Source: Balanoglossus misakiensis (lineage: Eukaryota; Animalia; Hemichordata). Taken from it: DNA of 64,000 nucleotides. The notes beneath the pieces are model-generated. The model ran no database searches, was not told the origin of the DNA, and worked only from the letters and a program-made list of their open reading frames with translations. Positions 39,380 to 52,003 of the stretch are shown in pieces. How positions within the stretch are numbered: the first letter of the stretch is position 1; every line of letters starts with the position of its first letter. The position numbers were made by a program, and so were the translations under genes. Location: positions 11,900,415-11,964,414 of the forward strand of contig CM082582.2 of NCBI GenBank assembly GCA_040954595.2, read 5' to 3'.

Positions 39380-42300
39380 ATGGACCCAGATATAGAGCGC
39401 CTCATTCCTCAAGGTACGTGCCAACTGTGAGAACATTTACTTGAATGTCCGTGGTTTGATAGACCAGTTGAACTTGATATTAATGAAGTTATTTTAACCA
39501 AACGTAGCATCTTACTAGTATATACTAGTTATAGATTCTATCCTACTATCTTCTGCCACAGTGGCATCTTAAAACCCATGCATATCTTGTCTTTGATTTT
39601 ATCCAGGCACCATACCCACCGAGGCAGAATTCGCTCGACTTCTCTGTGATTGTACCTTTACAGATTATTTTAACACTTTCCTATCTCTGCCGGTAAGAAG
39701 GACTCGACAATCATGATCCTCTCGCAACATTTTAACTTAGAATTTCGTCCACCGTCATCCGATTTACAAGTATCATTTTATTGCAAAGTGGTGAAAGATA
39801 TTATTCCTCGTGTTTCTAACATACACCGCTGTTATGTCTGACGGACGATGATTTTATTTATCGTGATTTGAACAGGTGTTCGCACAGAGACTCATCTATC
39901 GATACTCTTCCCAGTCGTTTGATTTGGATCCGCCACTGAGACGAAGTCAATATGTAAGTGAAACATTTAGAAACATTTCAGGGAGAGAGAGACAGACAGA
40001 CAGAGAGTGGGAGAGACAGGGTGAGACAGACAGATGCAGACATACACAGACAACAATTATCCAGTCTTTTCTGAAACGAACTGTTTTCAAATGCTTCACT
40101 TTCTTGTTTCAGGAACTTGACAAGATACGTTTAATGACATGGGTCCGAACGCAGAGGGCTCCATTGTTCTTCAAGACCAGCATGTTCATCGAGTTTTTAC
40201 TGTGCAAGAACTTACAGAAAACAAAGCTGCATCTGACAGTTAGTTCGCATGACATCTGCTACAGTAAGATAGCATCCCTTTTCGCTCTAGATCAGTTTTT
40301 ACTGGAGTGGTGTGCAAGTTTTTCAATAAGCTCAAAGTTTTGATGATAAGGATTGATTTCGGCGATTTCATTGCATTCTTGCGTGCCACTCGATAGTCGA
40401 GCTTTCTTGTTGTTTCCTTCAGGTGCCATCAAATTCAAACGAGACGAACAACTTCTCATCAAATGCATCGGCAAGGTGTCCGGGATGCGGCGATTTCGAA
40501 CATTCCTCGCCAGCACCGTCGGATCCAAGGTCTTCCAGTTCTGGCTGGATGCCGAAGAGTTCCGACGACTGCCGAGATTCGACGCCGAAAAGCACCGGAC
40601 CATGTTCAGGAAAATTCAGTCCAAATATTTCAGAAGCGGCGCTGCTTTGGAACTTCCCGAAAACGCCAAATGGGTAGCATTTTCTGGTAAGCTTAAATCA
40701 TTAAACTTGTGAAAATGTCTTTCTTGACCAAAGTTTCACCAAACAGAATTTCATTTCAGAAGAATGATGTTTAATAAAGACCTGTAAATATTTTGTTTTA
40801 CTTTGAAAGACACCGCCAACAACGACTTCCCGAGACAGAATATATTAGAAAGGTCGTCGGGTCGTCACGGACCACCACAACTCGCCAGGCGCCGTCGCAG
40901 CAGCATCGTCGGGAGCGGAGTAGAATTCAGCGGTCGGCTCCGCTCCGGTTCTATCTATGGCGACGATAGGATTTCCATCTTCACGAACAACGTCTTCGTC
41001 CCCATGCAGAAGTTCCTGATGGACACACTACGGACATACTGGTTGCCGAGGTTTGTGATTCACTGCAAGCTCATCTGGCATAAACGTGAGTGCAACTTTG
41101 ACCTCCTAATACAACCGGCCGCCGTCGATTCCGACACCGACTCCATGGTGAACATGCTTGACGACATGGCGGACGCCATCAAGCGAACGAAAGAGCACCT
41201 TCTCGACAAGCGAAAGCACAGCAACCTGATGTCAATGTTCCGGTCACCGGACTTGAGAGGCCCGCTCGGCCTCATCGAGGAGGCGGACGAGCTCGAGGAG
41301 CTCTCAGAGGCAAGTCTGAGCAGCAGCAGCGAAGACGAGGAACCCGAGAAAACCGAGGAGGAAGCGGGGGGAAAAGAGACACCAGAAAAGGAAGACCGCA
41401 AAAGTCGACTAGGAATGCTGCCGATACTGGAAGAGGGTCTGGAAGAAGAAGGTGAGGAGGAAGAAGGAACTGTGGAAGAGCTGCAGAAGAAAGAAGGAGA
41501 GGATGATGAGAAAGCCACGGGGAAAGGTGAAGGAGGTCAGTATCCTTACTTGATAAACCTCACTATTGTCTTTTTGTTGTTGTATTTCTCATATGCATCG
41601 CCTTGTTTGTACTGCTTGAAGGCATACGGTCACATTTGAATATAGACATGAAAGAGAGACGGGCCCAGGTGTTCTCGTCACCTTTTTACCACGTGGAGCC
41701 AACTGCACACTGTGATTGGCCAAATCTGCTGTATGTAGGCCTATTGGTGACTGATTGAAGTATGCGAAGTTCGGCTTCATAAATCCTAGGATGCGTGCTT
41801 GCATGGTTTAATTTTCACTTCTTCGGCCTTCACATGAATGACAGCGACGACTACAGAAGAAACGGAGGCCGCAGGCGCCGAGAAACCGCGCGAGGAAGAC
41901 ACGACCAAAGAAGACGAAGCCGCCATGAAAGAACGATTGTTGGAGAAATATCGTCGTCGTGGCAGCAGAGCTCATGGGCATGGGGGCCCGCCTTCCGCGG
42001 GAACGTCCAGGGACAGTCTGTCTTCCCTCGGGGCCTCGGACAGTTACTACATGGTGTCCATATCAGGGAAGATTCGTCGCAAAACCACCAACCAGCAGGT
42101 GAAGATTAAGAAGAAGAAGACTTTGCCTGGTGAGGGCGGTAATTACCAGAAATACATATTTGATTTTGAGACGCTCACCTTGATGAGGAGGGACGAATTT
42201 GAGAAGGTGCAGGCTGAACGGAAACGGCTGGAGAAGGAGAAGAGGAAGGAGGAGAAGAGACTTGCCAAGTTGGCTGCGCAGGAAGCGGCGGAGGCCACGG

Positions 42301-45300
42301 GGAAAATCAAGAAGAAGGGAAGTAAATCCTCAGACGATGACAAAGACAAGAAACCAAGTCACCATGGCAGAGGTGGCCGTCGTCATTCCATTTTTGGCGG
42401 ATCGCGCTTGCCTCCTTTAAAGGGAGGCAGACGGGGATCGGTGTTTGCCAAGCGCGGACCCCCACAAACTGCTCAACAGAAACGGCGGGCATCGGGATCG
42501 GGAAGTACCACGCTGCCAGCCATCTCCGGCCAGAGGCGACACTCTCTCGTGGCGCCAACACACGGCAAAGTCTCGCCCATGAAACTTACGAAGACAGCGC
42601 TCAACATCTTCGATCACGCCGAGAGAGCCGGCTACAGATCTCACAAGCTGCACGGGCACAGCCCAGACACCCGCAGATCCTCGGCGGCATCGCATCACCA
42701 AGATGCCGGTAGTCATGGCGACCAAATGACAGCAGACGCGCATCACCACGAAATGACATTTGAGGAGCAAACTCACGAAGATGACGAACTCTTATCCCAC
42801 CTTCCCGATATATGTCTTTCAGATCTGGTACTGGAAGAGCACCACGAGGCCGCAGACGACGAACGCAGACCCTCGTCCGCCGCCGAGGAAGACAAACTAT
42901 TTGAAAGCACCTCGCAAGAAAGGCTCCACACGGCCGCTCCCGTGAGTAAACTCTGCTACATTGACTTTCACCTGGGCGAATCGAACTACAAATACACCCA
43001 TCGGGGACTTGTCGGCGGCATTGCGTCAGACGCTATGGCCGGGACTCCGTATTTCTCGTACCTTGAAAAAACCCGACAATTTGACGCGGTCAACTACTTG
43101 CTGTTCTGGAACAAGGCCCAGGAGTACCTCACGACGGGTCATTACCATAGCGACATGACAGGAAGATCGCTGAAGTACAGACGCGCCAAAGAGATAGCTG
43201 CAACCCATCTGATGGCTGGGGGAAAACACTTCGTCAAGATTGGCGACCAGTTGACTCATAAATTGGTGGAACTGTTAGCAGAAGGAATTGGTGACCAACT
43301 ATTGGTGCATGCGCAGGAACTTGCATGTGAGGTATGTACCCCCCCCCCCCAACCCCATCAAAGAGTAGTTGCAGGCTATAGCCTTCTTACAGAGAAATGT
43401 TTCCAACCTGACTATGCGTAACAATTACTTTTTATACCTATGTGAATCACTAGCATTTTACTACAGTTTTGACGACATGACGAAGAATGTACAAAAATGC
43501 TGTACAATTTCATCACCAACTCTAATATTTACTCATCGAAGCACTTATACCTTAAGATGCAGTCTTGAAAATCGTGCCCTAAGCCCTCGTTTAGTTGTAT
43601 ATCAAATAAATTATTTTAGTATAACAATTAACAAAACAATTGTATTCCTAACCTTTCTAGGGGCTAAAAGACACTTGGGTCCAGTACCAAAAGTTTGATG
43701 AAGATCGGTTCTTACGACACACGGTAAGTTGGGCTGAAGGAAAAAATATTCTGGAGAATCCGGGTATCGATCCCGGTACCTCTCGCATTCTATGATGCCC
43801 CGTGACTAGGGCTTCGGTGCTAAGCGAGCGCTCTCCCATTTGAGCTAATTCCCCTGTATATATGACCTGTCTGATATAGCCTTTTTAACCAAGATTCATT
43901 ATCTTGAACCCACCTGTTTGCGTGTACAAAATTTCCCACGTTTCCGACAAGTGATGCCAGAGTCTTGATAAAAACATTTCTGAGTGGAATCGGCACCAAT
44001 CTCGATCCACTACATGTCCCAGCATTGTCAACAGCACGTGAAAATAGATAATTTCACTTTTAAAACAAACTTTTCGGTTTTATTTTGTGTTGACGATACA
44101 GACGCGACGAAAAAAAGTCCCAGAAAACGAAGCAACCGCTGAAGATGTCGGCCGGGTCAGAGGAACAGGATTTCCAGAAGGTTTGCCCGAAATAGGGGAA
44201 GAAAACGCTCTTATAAGAAATAAATACAGCAAATATCAACCCAAATCAAGGAAAAAGAAGAAAACCGTCTTGCCATCGGCCAAAACTATGAAAGAAGGTG
44301 CCGGGGATGACGCGGAAGAAGCTGCCAGGCAACGCGAGGAAGAAGCGCCACCTAACGTCATAGCGCCACATCGAATGTGGAGGGCGCTACAACTTGCCGA
44401 AGGAATCTATCAACTGAGTGAGTCAATAATTACAGTATATGTAGTAGATCGCTAGGTAACTTGAAATTACCATCCACTTTTTATTGTAGAATATTTGAAA
44501 TGCGTTGTAATATCTTCCATTTCAAATCTTAGGCACAGAAAAGGAAGAGATGAGTGACCTTAGTGACCTTGAAAGCGAAAGTGATGATGAAGGAAGTCTC
44601 AAGAAAAAGAAACAAGTTATCGTCAGACGACGTAAGTCTTGTTTGCATATATATCGGACAATTTCTGCTCAGTGTGTGCTTTCTCTTGATATTTGAAGGA
44701 TTTCATCATTGGTCCTTGATGTGTAGCAGGTTTTACTCAAACTCCTTAATTACAGGCAAACCACAAGAAATGGCACGACAAATGTCCCGCTATGACAGAC
44801 CACCCACTGCCGGCGGTGGCGTCTATGGAAGTCGTCATTCCATCATGTCAATGTCACATCTGCGTCTTCGTGAGCCTGGGTCAGGGGACCAACCTTTCCT
44901 GTTCAAGTCGACTATTCGAAGGAATGGTCGAACCATCAAGCGACCGCCAAGACCAAGGTAATAATCTCTCTCTTTGTCTGTCTGTCTGTCTGTTTTTGTC
45001 TTTGACTGCCTAAAGACAGACCACCCGAACAAGCGAAAACACAAACAATAAAAACAAACATCTTTCGTATCATATTATCGTATTATACCTTATATCATAG
45101 CTAACATCTAACATCTATATCATATATCAACCATATTAAATCTCATCATATCATATCATATCGTCGCTTCTTTAAAGGAATTTCTACGACGTGTTGCGGA
45201 CAAATGAACAAATCGACTATTTCAAGCGCTTCCTGCTGAAGGAAAAAGCAGAAACACCGCTATTTTTCTGGCAAGCAGTGGAAAGTATGAAGCAGAGCAA

Positions 45301-47938
45301 AGACGCCAAGACCAGGCAGCAAAAAGCGATAACAATCGGACGGAAATATTTCAGTAAAGCAGCTGGATCTGGTATGTAATGACGATTGTTATATCCGTTG
45401 GAAAAAAGTTGATTTTTACGTACCAGCTGACAACTTTACAGTGTATTTCAGTTCTCGATAGACCTACGATTCTTGAACTACATCATCCCCACTTTTTGCG
45501 CAGGTGAATCTCTGCGATGCAACGCCGAAGTTATCAAAGAGATTCCGAAACTGAGCAAAGTGACCCCGCCTATGCTGCTGTCGGCTCAAGCATGCGTAGT
45601 GAAGAGCATGGAAGAACAGTGGTAAGCTGGGTAACCATGGCATCAATAATGTACATGCTGATCGGTCGTTTGGTGTTGCAAAGTTGCTAAGGGCCACCTA
45701 GGATCACTAGCAGCAAATTCCTGTATCTTGACAGTCAGACTTTCTTGTCATTATTTCAAATGCAATGATGTATCGTTTGATAACATCGTATAGGTTTGGC
45801 AGATACTTGGAAGGATTTCCGGAGGACCATGTTGAAGAAACTGACAAACCAGAAGACGAAGGTCAAACTGGGATTAGATTTTGTAGAGACCAGACGGTAG
45901 GCAGACGTGCACCTTTTCTTGCAAATTATGTCACTGCTAAATGACGTGTAACAGTAAAAACCATAAGGCCGATAACCGCTGCAACTGAAGAGGGCGTTTT
46001 GAGTGCGTGACGCGGATGACCACAATTTTAAGCATGAGTCCGGAACAGAAACTGCATGAATGACCTCTCATGTTGACTTTGAATATGTGTTTTCCTTTTT
46101 TCATCGCACAGAAAGCTCTTTGGGCAATGTTCATCCAGAACGTGGTTAGTTTTCGTCGTGGATTGATGAATCCCACGTCGCTGTTTCTTTTCAAGAAGTT
46201 TTTGAAAAAAGAAATAGCCAAAGACATGGAAAGTAAGTACACGCACATAATAATATCTGCGTGTTTCAGATGTTTATTTGGAAACAAGTCGGTGAAAAAA
46301 GTACATGTATGCATAATATCCCCCTCTTTATCGTGAATTGCAATTTGTATAAGACCTGTTGTACTTATTGCATGTGGTTGCCTTCATTGGAAATTTTATC
46401 GTGCAGCAAATCGAATCATTACAGATAACTTTTTTTTTCAATTTCAACACAGAACAGAAAATCACTGGTCATTCTAGTAAGAGAGTAATCAGTAATAAAA
46501 TTGTGAGCGTCGAGAAGTTAGAATGTGATCTTGCATTCTGGGCGGAAGTTGAAAGGTGAGTTGATCAAGATTGCCTACTGGACATGTTCGAGTTGTTGAA
46601 TTTTCTTACTGTGGCTCGGACATAAACACGAAAGTTTCTTCCCAAAATAGTATACTAATTGGTTGTCTTGGTGATAAATGTACGCTCGGCTCATTCACAA
46701 TCCAGATTCAAGGAATGCGCGGACGAGATTGCTCGTTCAGCATCTTCAGGGACGTTTTCCGGCGATGACGAAATCTTGGTCCAGAAGAAAGCCGAGGCCA
46801 TTATTGACTGTTTTCTGGACTCCGAAGTCCCACCAAAACTACAGGTAAGATAAAAGATTCGCCTCAAAACTAGAATTGGGATTTGGATATTCTCACACTC
46901 ACCACACAAAGTGAAACTATGACATCTGTTTAATGCGATGTTTTTTTCATTCTTTCAGATCAACGTTTCTCAGGAGATCACAGATAGCATCTTAGACGCC
47001 TATCGGAATGGGGTTTTAGAGCGCGGCCTGTTTCACGACGCCGCCGTCTCCATCTTCACCGTGCTTCTTCACTTCTGGAAAAAGTGCGTAGAACATACGT
47101 CACTTCAACGTTGTCATAGGATTGTATTTCGTCGTTTAAAAGTGTTGAGCTGACGACTTGACAATCGTCGGTCGTTAGGAGCTGGCCCCTGTTTGAACTT
47201 GGATGATACATGTGTGTCGTGTAGTCTCGCTCCATGTCGAAGTTTCTTATAGTTGAGAAACCTCAGTTTGTGACGTTTCAACTTTCACAGGTTTAATCGT
47301 GAGAGATTCGCACCTAAGGACAACAAGAAGTTACCGGCAGTGGCGAGTCCCAAAGATCTGCTCACACGGAAGAAATCGAAGAAGATACCGAATTATTTAG
47401 ACGTAAACCTGAAAAAGCCGTACAAAGTTGTCGTCGGGGCACTAGGTAAATGTAATGACAGTGTGAGGAAAATGACTGGTGAATCTGTTGCGGTGGCCGT
47501 TTGTACTTATAAATTGTCGTTGCTATTTTGGAGGAATACCAGAAATATTTCATGAGAGGTAATTGGACAACCAGCGACCAATGAAAACTCTGGTGACATG
47601 ACCTATATGTCTTTCTTTCAGACGACGAGCCAAGAATTGCATTTACATTATCACACGGACTGCGGCTGGTTGTACCTCCCAGAATTCCAAGGGAAGAAGA
47701 ACTACGACAAGCAAAACGACCGATACTGCTTTACAACTACCACCAACACGGGCGGCGGTATTCACGTTTCATCGACGAGAGGGGGCGCCGCTTCTCCAAA
47801 CTGGCCGATACCCGCAAGAGGCTGCTCGGCAACCAGGCTGGGGAGACTCCACCGTCTTCGCTGCCACTGCTAAAGCCCCGGATGGGAGACGGAAGCCAGG
47901 ACACAATCAACAGCTCCAGCACCAATGACTCCGATTGA
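39380..47938 (+). CDS. RGSL1: RGSL1-like regulator of G-protein signalling protein (RGSL1/RGS22 group), 20 exons, about 1626 aa
   Basis: Exons 39380-39413, 39607-39692, 39876-39953, 40113-40263, 40423-40686, 40810-41535, 41845-43331, 43661-43723, 44102-44417, 44533-44631, 44756-44957, 45178-45371, 45504-45621, 45794-45896, 46112-46232, 46453-46555, 46706-46844, 46959-47083, 47291-47445, 47622-47938 (4881 nt, in frame). Motifs DYFNTFLSLPVF, YWLPRF, DAMAGTP, RPRNFYDVL, DLAFWAEVERF, DSEVPPKLQINV, GLFHDAAVSIF..HFWKK resemble recalled RGSL1. First exon uncertain (alternative ATG at 39272). Confidence 0.8.
43741..43746 (-). terminator. Pol III terminator of the tRNA-Ala gene
   Basis: TTTTTT on the minus strand 5 nt after the discriminator base. 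Confidence 0.8.
43752..43854 (-). tRNA. tRNA-Ala(AGC) with a 30-nt intron (43788-43817)
   Basis: Minus strand: GGGGAAT TA GCTC AAATGGGA GAGC G CTCGC TT AGC A [CCGAAGCCCTAGTCACGGGGCATCATAGAA] T GCGAG AGGTA CCGGG ATCGATA CCCGG ATTCTCC A. The mature form is 73 nt, all stems pair, and G3:U70 is present. Confidence 0.92.
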
Positions 47939-50340
47939 AGTGAATTTTAAGGCACAGTCGACACCCCTTCAATGAACTTTACAGGTGTTTCGAGTACTGC
48001 AGTTAGGCTAGATGTATATTTGTCCATTACGGAATCTTTCCGTAGACGTACCTTTAATTTGCAACTTTTTTTCCATAAAAGTTTATATGCAACAATATAC
48101 TAAGACCTCTATAAGATACGTAGAGGTCTTGATTTAAAGCTTATAACAAGTCTAGTGTTGATAAACAACGCAAAGAGATATGATTACATGGTCGTGCCTT
48201 GGTCACGTTTTCCTATGTTAAGCCCAATAATTGTTCCCATGCATCCATAGATTTATGGTATAAAGTTGTATAATTTTTGGTGGTGGCACCGTATACGTGA
48301 CTGTGTTTCCCAAAGTCTGGCCTCGTTCCAAGTAACACCGTGAGCGAAATTTGAGAGCCATAAACACCATATCGCAATATTTTCCGTGCTTGTTACATCA
48401 TCGGGGTTAAATTTCTTGCAACTTGAGTCTTGATCTTCTCTAACCCTACATAAATATCCACTGCTGCACCACTTCGTCAAGACTGACCACAATCTTTTGT
48501 GGTCAACGTTTATCAAGTCATTTTTCATATTTTCGTTGGACTTCGAAGCAGCTAGCGGAGACTTGGGCCCCAAATTAATTCGTCTTAAGGGCACGGCTGG
48601 CCACTACATCCAAAATCCGACAGTACAGACACTTCAAAAAGACCACTTGTTGATTTATATTTACATTTGAGTGTTTCCCACCCCAACTTATGACTGTGTT
48701 TGTATAGTTTGAGGCAAGAGAGTCCATCGATATATCTTGCGCGCAGGAGCCGAGGACGACGGCAACTCTCGCATAGACGCTCGTTATCTTACGGACCAGC
48801 TTGAGACTAGACGGTTTACGAACAATCACCATTCGCCTTGCATAAGCACCACGAGAACATTAAATAATAATTCATAATTATTGTCCTTAAGTTCTCAGAG
48901 TCGCAAGGCGAAAAGTAGAACAACATGACCGTCTTCGATCGTCATTTTTGTTTTAAATATTTTCGTGGTGAACGACTCCACAGTGGCCGATTATTTTTTT
49001 CTCTCAGGTGGATTTGGCGTTAGAAGATAAACTATGCGGATCCAGATAACGGATTATTTATGATACATGTATGATGTATGGTGGTGGTTTATTGCTGTTG
49101 ACATGGTGTAGGGCGGTGATGTCTCACAGCGGCTGTGCTAGGCACCGTGTCACCAGATTAGATTCTGTCAATGTCGCGCTGCAATAAAATTTTCACAACA
49201 CGTGCGTCTTTGCAAAGAAAAATAAAGTACCACGCCGACTTGCTGGTTGCATAGCGTCGAAAACGTGTCTTCATCGATTGCATTGTTTCTGGTGACCGGT
49301 CAGCTTTCTGTGCGATAAGTTATCTATAAGTTAGTAGCAGTCCGAACTGAGTCGGTCTGAATTAAAGACCAGGTTATCCTACATAATAACTTCGATTCGA
49401 TTTTTTTCCTTTATGAACAATTCCGTACGCTTGCCAATTTTGAGTCTGTCAGTGTTTGTTGATAAAATATCCCACGTGCATACCAATCTGGAGACGTCAT
49501 CAGCAGGGGGCGTTGGTACGTTACTATGGTCAAAATCAATTGCTAATCTCAGGCGCCCTTCAAGTTGTCGTGACGTCTAAATTGAGGAGCAGCGTTTGAA
49601 GAAGTTGGCCATTTATGCGCGTGCACAGAAGGGAATAACCACCTCAGTCTCTCGTCACAAATGTTAAGGGGTAGCCCAGAAAGACAATTTAATTAAGGCG
49701 TACCTGCCAATCCTATCTTTTTTTGTTTTAGACCGACAGGATACAACTTGAGTCAGAGTTATTTACACTTTAAATGTTATCTCACGAATTAGTATAAAAT
49801 TTAACCAGTTTTTGAGACGAAAAAATGAATCGAACTGCGTCACTCTTCCCAATATCCTTGATTTCAACATAAACAGTCAATATCCACAGTTATTCATTAA
49901 CTCGCAAAACAGATAAAAGTCCCCCAAAATACTCGCCGCGTTATGCATTTCCATATTAATGTGTACCAAAGGCGTCATAGCCTCAATTTCAACGGCGAAA
50001 AATTTACAAGTTTTATAGCTGTCACTATGCCAGTCACACTGCGGCTCTGCAAATAGCAAAGCAAATACACAGTGTGTCAGCGCTCTGCTGTATGGCCTTG
50101 GATCGGCGCATAGCAGATGCAAAGGTGAGTAGCTGACTCTTTCAGTCCATATTTCCCCGTCCAGCAATAACTGAACGTATGGGTTTAGATATTTCAAGTT
50201 CACACTATCGCGAGAGTGAACCCTATTGTTCAAACACTCTTTTTTCATCCTCGTGAAGTGGAAAGTTAAGTATGATGTGCGGGCATCAATCATATTTTTT
50301 CTTGACTGGCCCACGAACTGGGACTAATGTAAACTTGCTT

Positions 50341-50363
50341 TGACGTCATTGGGTCAAAGGTCA
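50341..50363. promoter_or_regulatory. Adjacent CRE and DR1 nuclear-receptor motifs
   Basis: TGACGTCA (50341-50348) then GGGTCA-A-AGGTCA (50351-50363). Confidence 0.4.
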
Positions 50364-51130
50364 CAGTCGGTTCGTGTCGCTTGCAAGCCATAAGTGTCAT
50401 AAAACTAGTGAGTGTGAAAGCGAACGCAATGTAACAGGCAATGCAGAAACGAAAACACGAGAAAAGGGAAAGAAGTCCCTGTTATTTCAGTTTGCTCTGT
50501 ACTGGAATTTTGTGGTGAGTAATTCAGCATTATAATACATGTCTTCTGTGGTTTAAACTTTCTGTGAATCCGCGCCAAATATTGAAACGTATGGGACCAC
50601 TTTTCATTGCAGTAGAAATTTATGACTGACATGTACATGTATATATTGACATACATGTACATTGCAGTCACCTGGTAAACGACATTTCCCCAAACTCGTT
50701 TCTTTGACTGCGTATTGCGATCAGCGGGATAAACCGAAACATATAATCTCGAGTTAATGAAGCAGACGACGTTTTGTAGCGACCCTATTCACTGTCCAGA
50801 CAATGGTCGCACCTTCAGCGAGGCGTTGACAGTGAAGTTGGCGTGTGATATATGTCGGATAGCCTTTATGTTATTTCGTATTTTCCTGTAGGAAACGGCT
50901 ATCTGGCTACGGTATTGTACCTATATCACAAGTGGGTGTTACAAATTACAAATCTTTTCAATGTGGCATCTAATCCGATATGCATTGTAATTTTACGCCT
51001 ACTACTTGCGGTAAATGTAGCTTCGTCTGAGGGTGTAGCTAAAGATTTTTTATTTGGTGCATTTAAAAGGAAATTGAAACTTTTCTGTTCATTTCATTAT
51101 AGAACAACAGTTACTGTGACTCATTTTTTT

Positions 51131-51335
51131 GGATATGGTTCTCTTAGTGGACACGACTATACTCCACGGGCGATAATATGGTTTTTTAGGGTTAGGGTTA
51201 GGAGGGTTAGGGTTAGGGTTAAATTCACCCTCACATTGCCACCCCTAACCCTCCTAACCCTAACCCTAACTCACCCTCATTGCCATGGTATCGTTGCCAT
51301 GGGGTATAGTCGTGTCCACTAAGAGAACCAGATCC
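51131..51335. mobile_element. Fold-back MITE-like element with internal telomeric repeats
   Basis: About 39-bp terminal inverted repeats with 3 mismatches (GGAT[A/C]TGGTTCTCTTAGTGGACACGACTATAC...). Flanking direct repeat ATTTTTTT at 51123-51130 and 51336-51343. Internal (TTAGGG)n 51186-51220 and (CCCTAA)n 51243-51269. Confidence 0.8.
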
Positions 51336-51890
51336 ATTTTTTTTCCCAGTCCTTTTTACTAATACACTACATTTCACACACAAGTTCAAAGGGAGTATCA
51401 AGTTAAAGGTGAGGTATACAGAAGGTTAAAGGTCATTTGAAGACTGGACACGCCCTTTTGGCCACAGATAGGCATATGTAAAGTACAGGTGACTGTATAC
51501 CTTTAACCCTTCACCATTTCTATATGAACACTACAGCATTCTGCATTCAATGTTTTATTTGGGAGCAGGTCTTTTGAACCACATATCCCATTGGTAGATA
51601 GCCTTGAAATGTCATCACAATATTATAATGGTTACTTTGTATATATCATGCAGTACCAGCCAGCCCCAGCCTTTGGCAACTCTGTAAGCTAGTGCTTGCT
51701 TTATTTGAAATCCAGACATCATTATACTGTCAGAAAAAAGTGGGTGTGTGAGATAAAATCAAGGCAAACTGTCATATTTGTGGCAGATTCAACATTAAAG
51801 CTGAAGAAAGATTGTACCTGGTACATTAAAGCACCTCACTCATTTCAATCAGTTGACCCTCACTCTTAAATGGTCATCTCCATCGCCATG

Positions 51891-51933
51891 TTCCTCCTCA
51901 TCATCGTTATCCTCCTCCTCCTCCTCCTCCTCC

Positions 51934-52003
<70 letters not shown>
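51891..52003. repeat. (CTC)n/(CAT)n microsatellite
   Basis: Directly visible triplet runs. Confidence 0.9.

Noticed and set aside
48102-48130. 10-bp hairpin AAGACCTCTA...TAGAGGTCTT, considered as a Helitron end or RNA element
   Set aside because: CTAG is about 20 nt away and no matching 5' end or known RNA motif is visible.
51186-51269. Telomere fusion scar interpretation
   Set aside because: The arrays are very short and enclosed by TIRs and a direct repeat; a transposon is the simpler explanation.
50852-51322. 156-aa ORF with RVRV and TLTL repeats
   Set aside because: Produced by reading through the telomeric repeats of the fold-back element.
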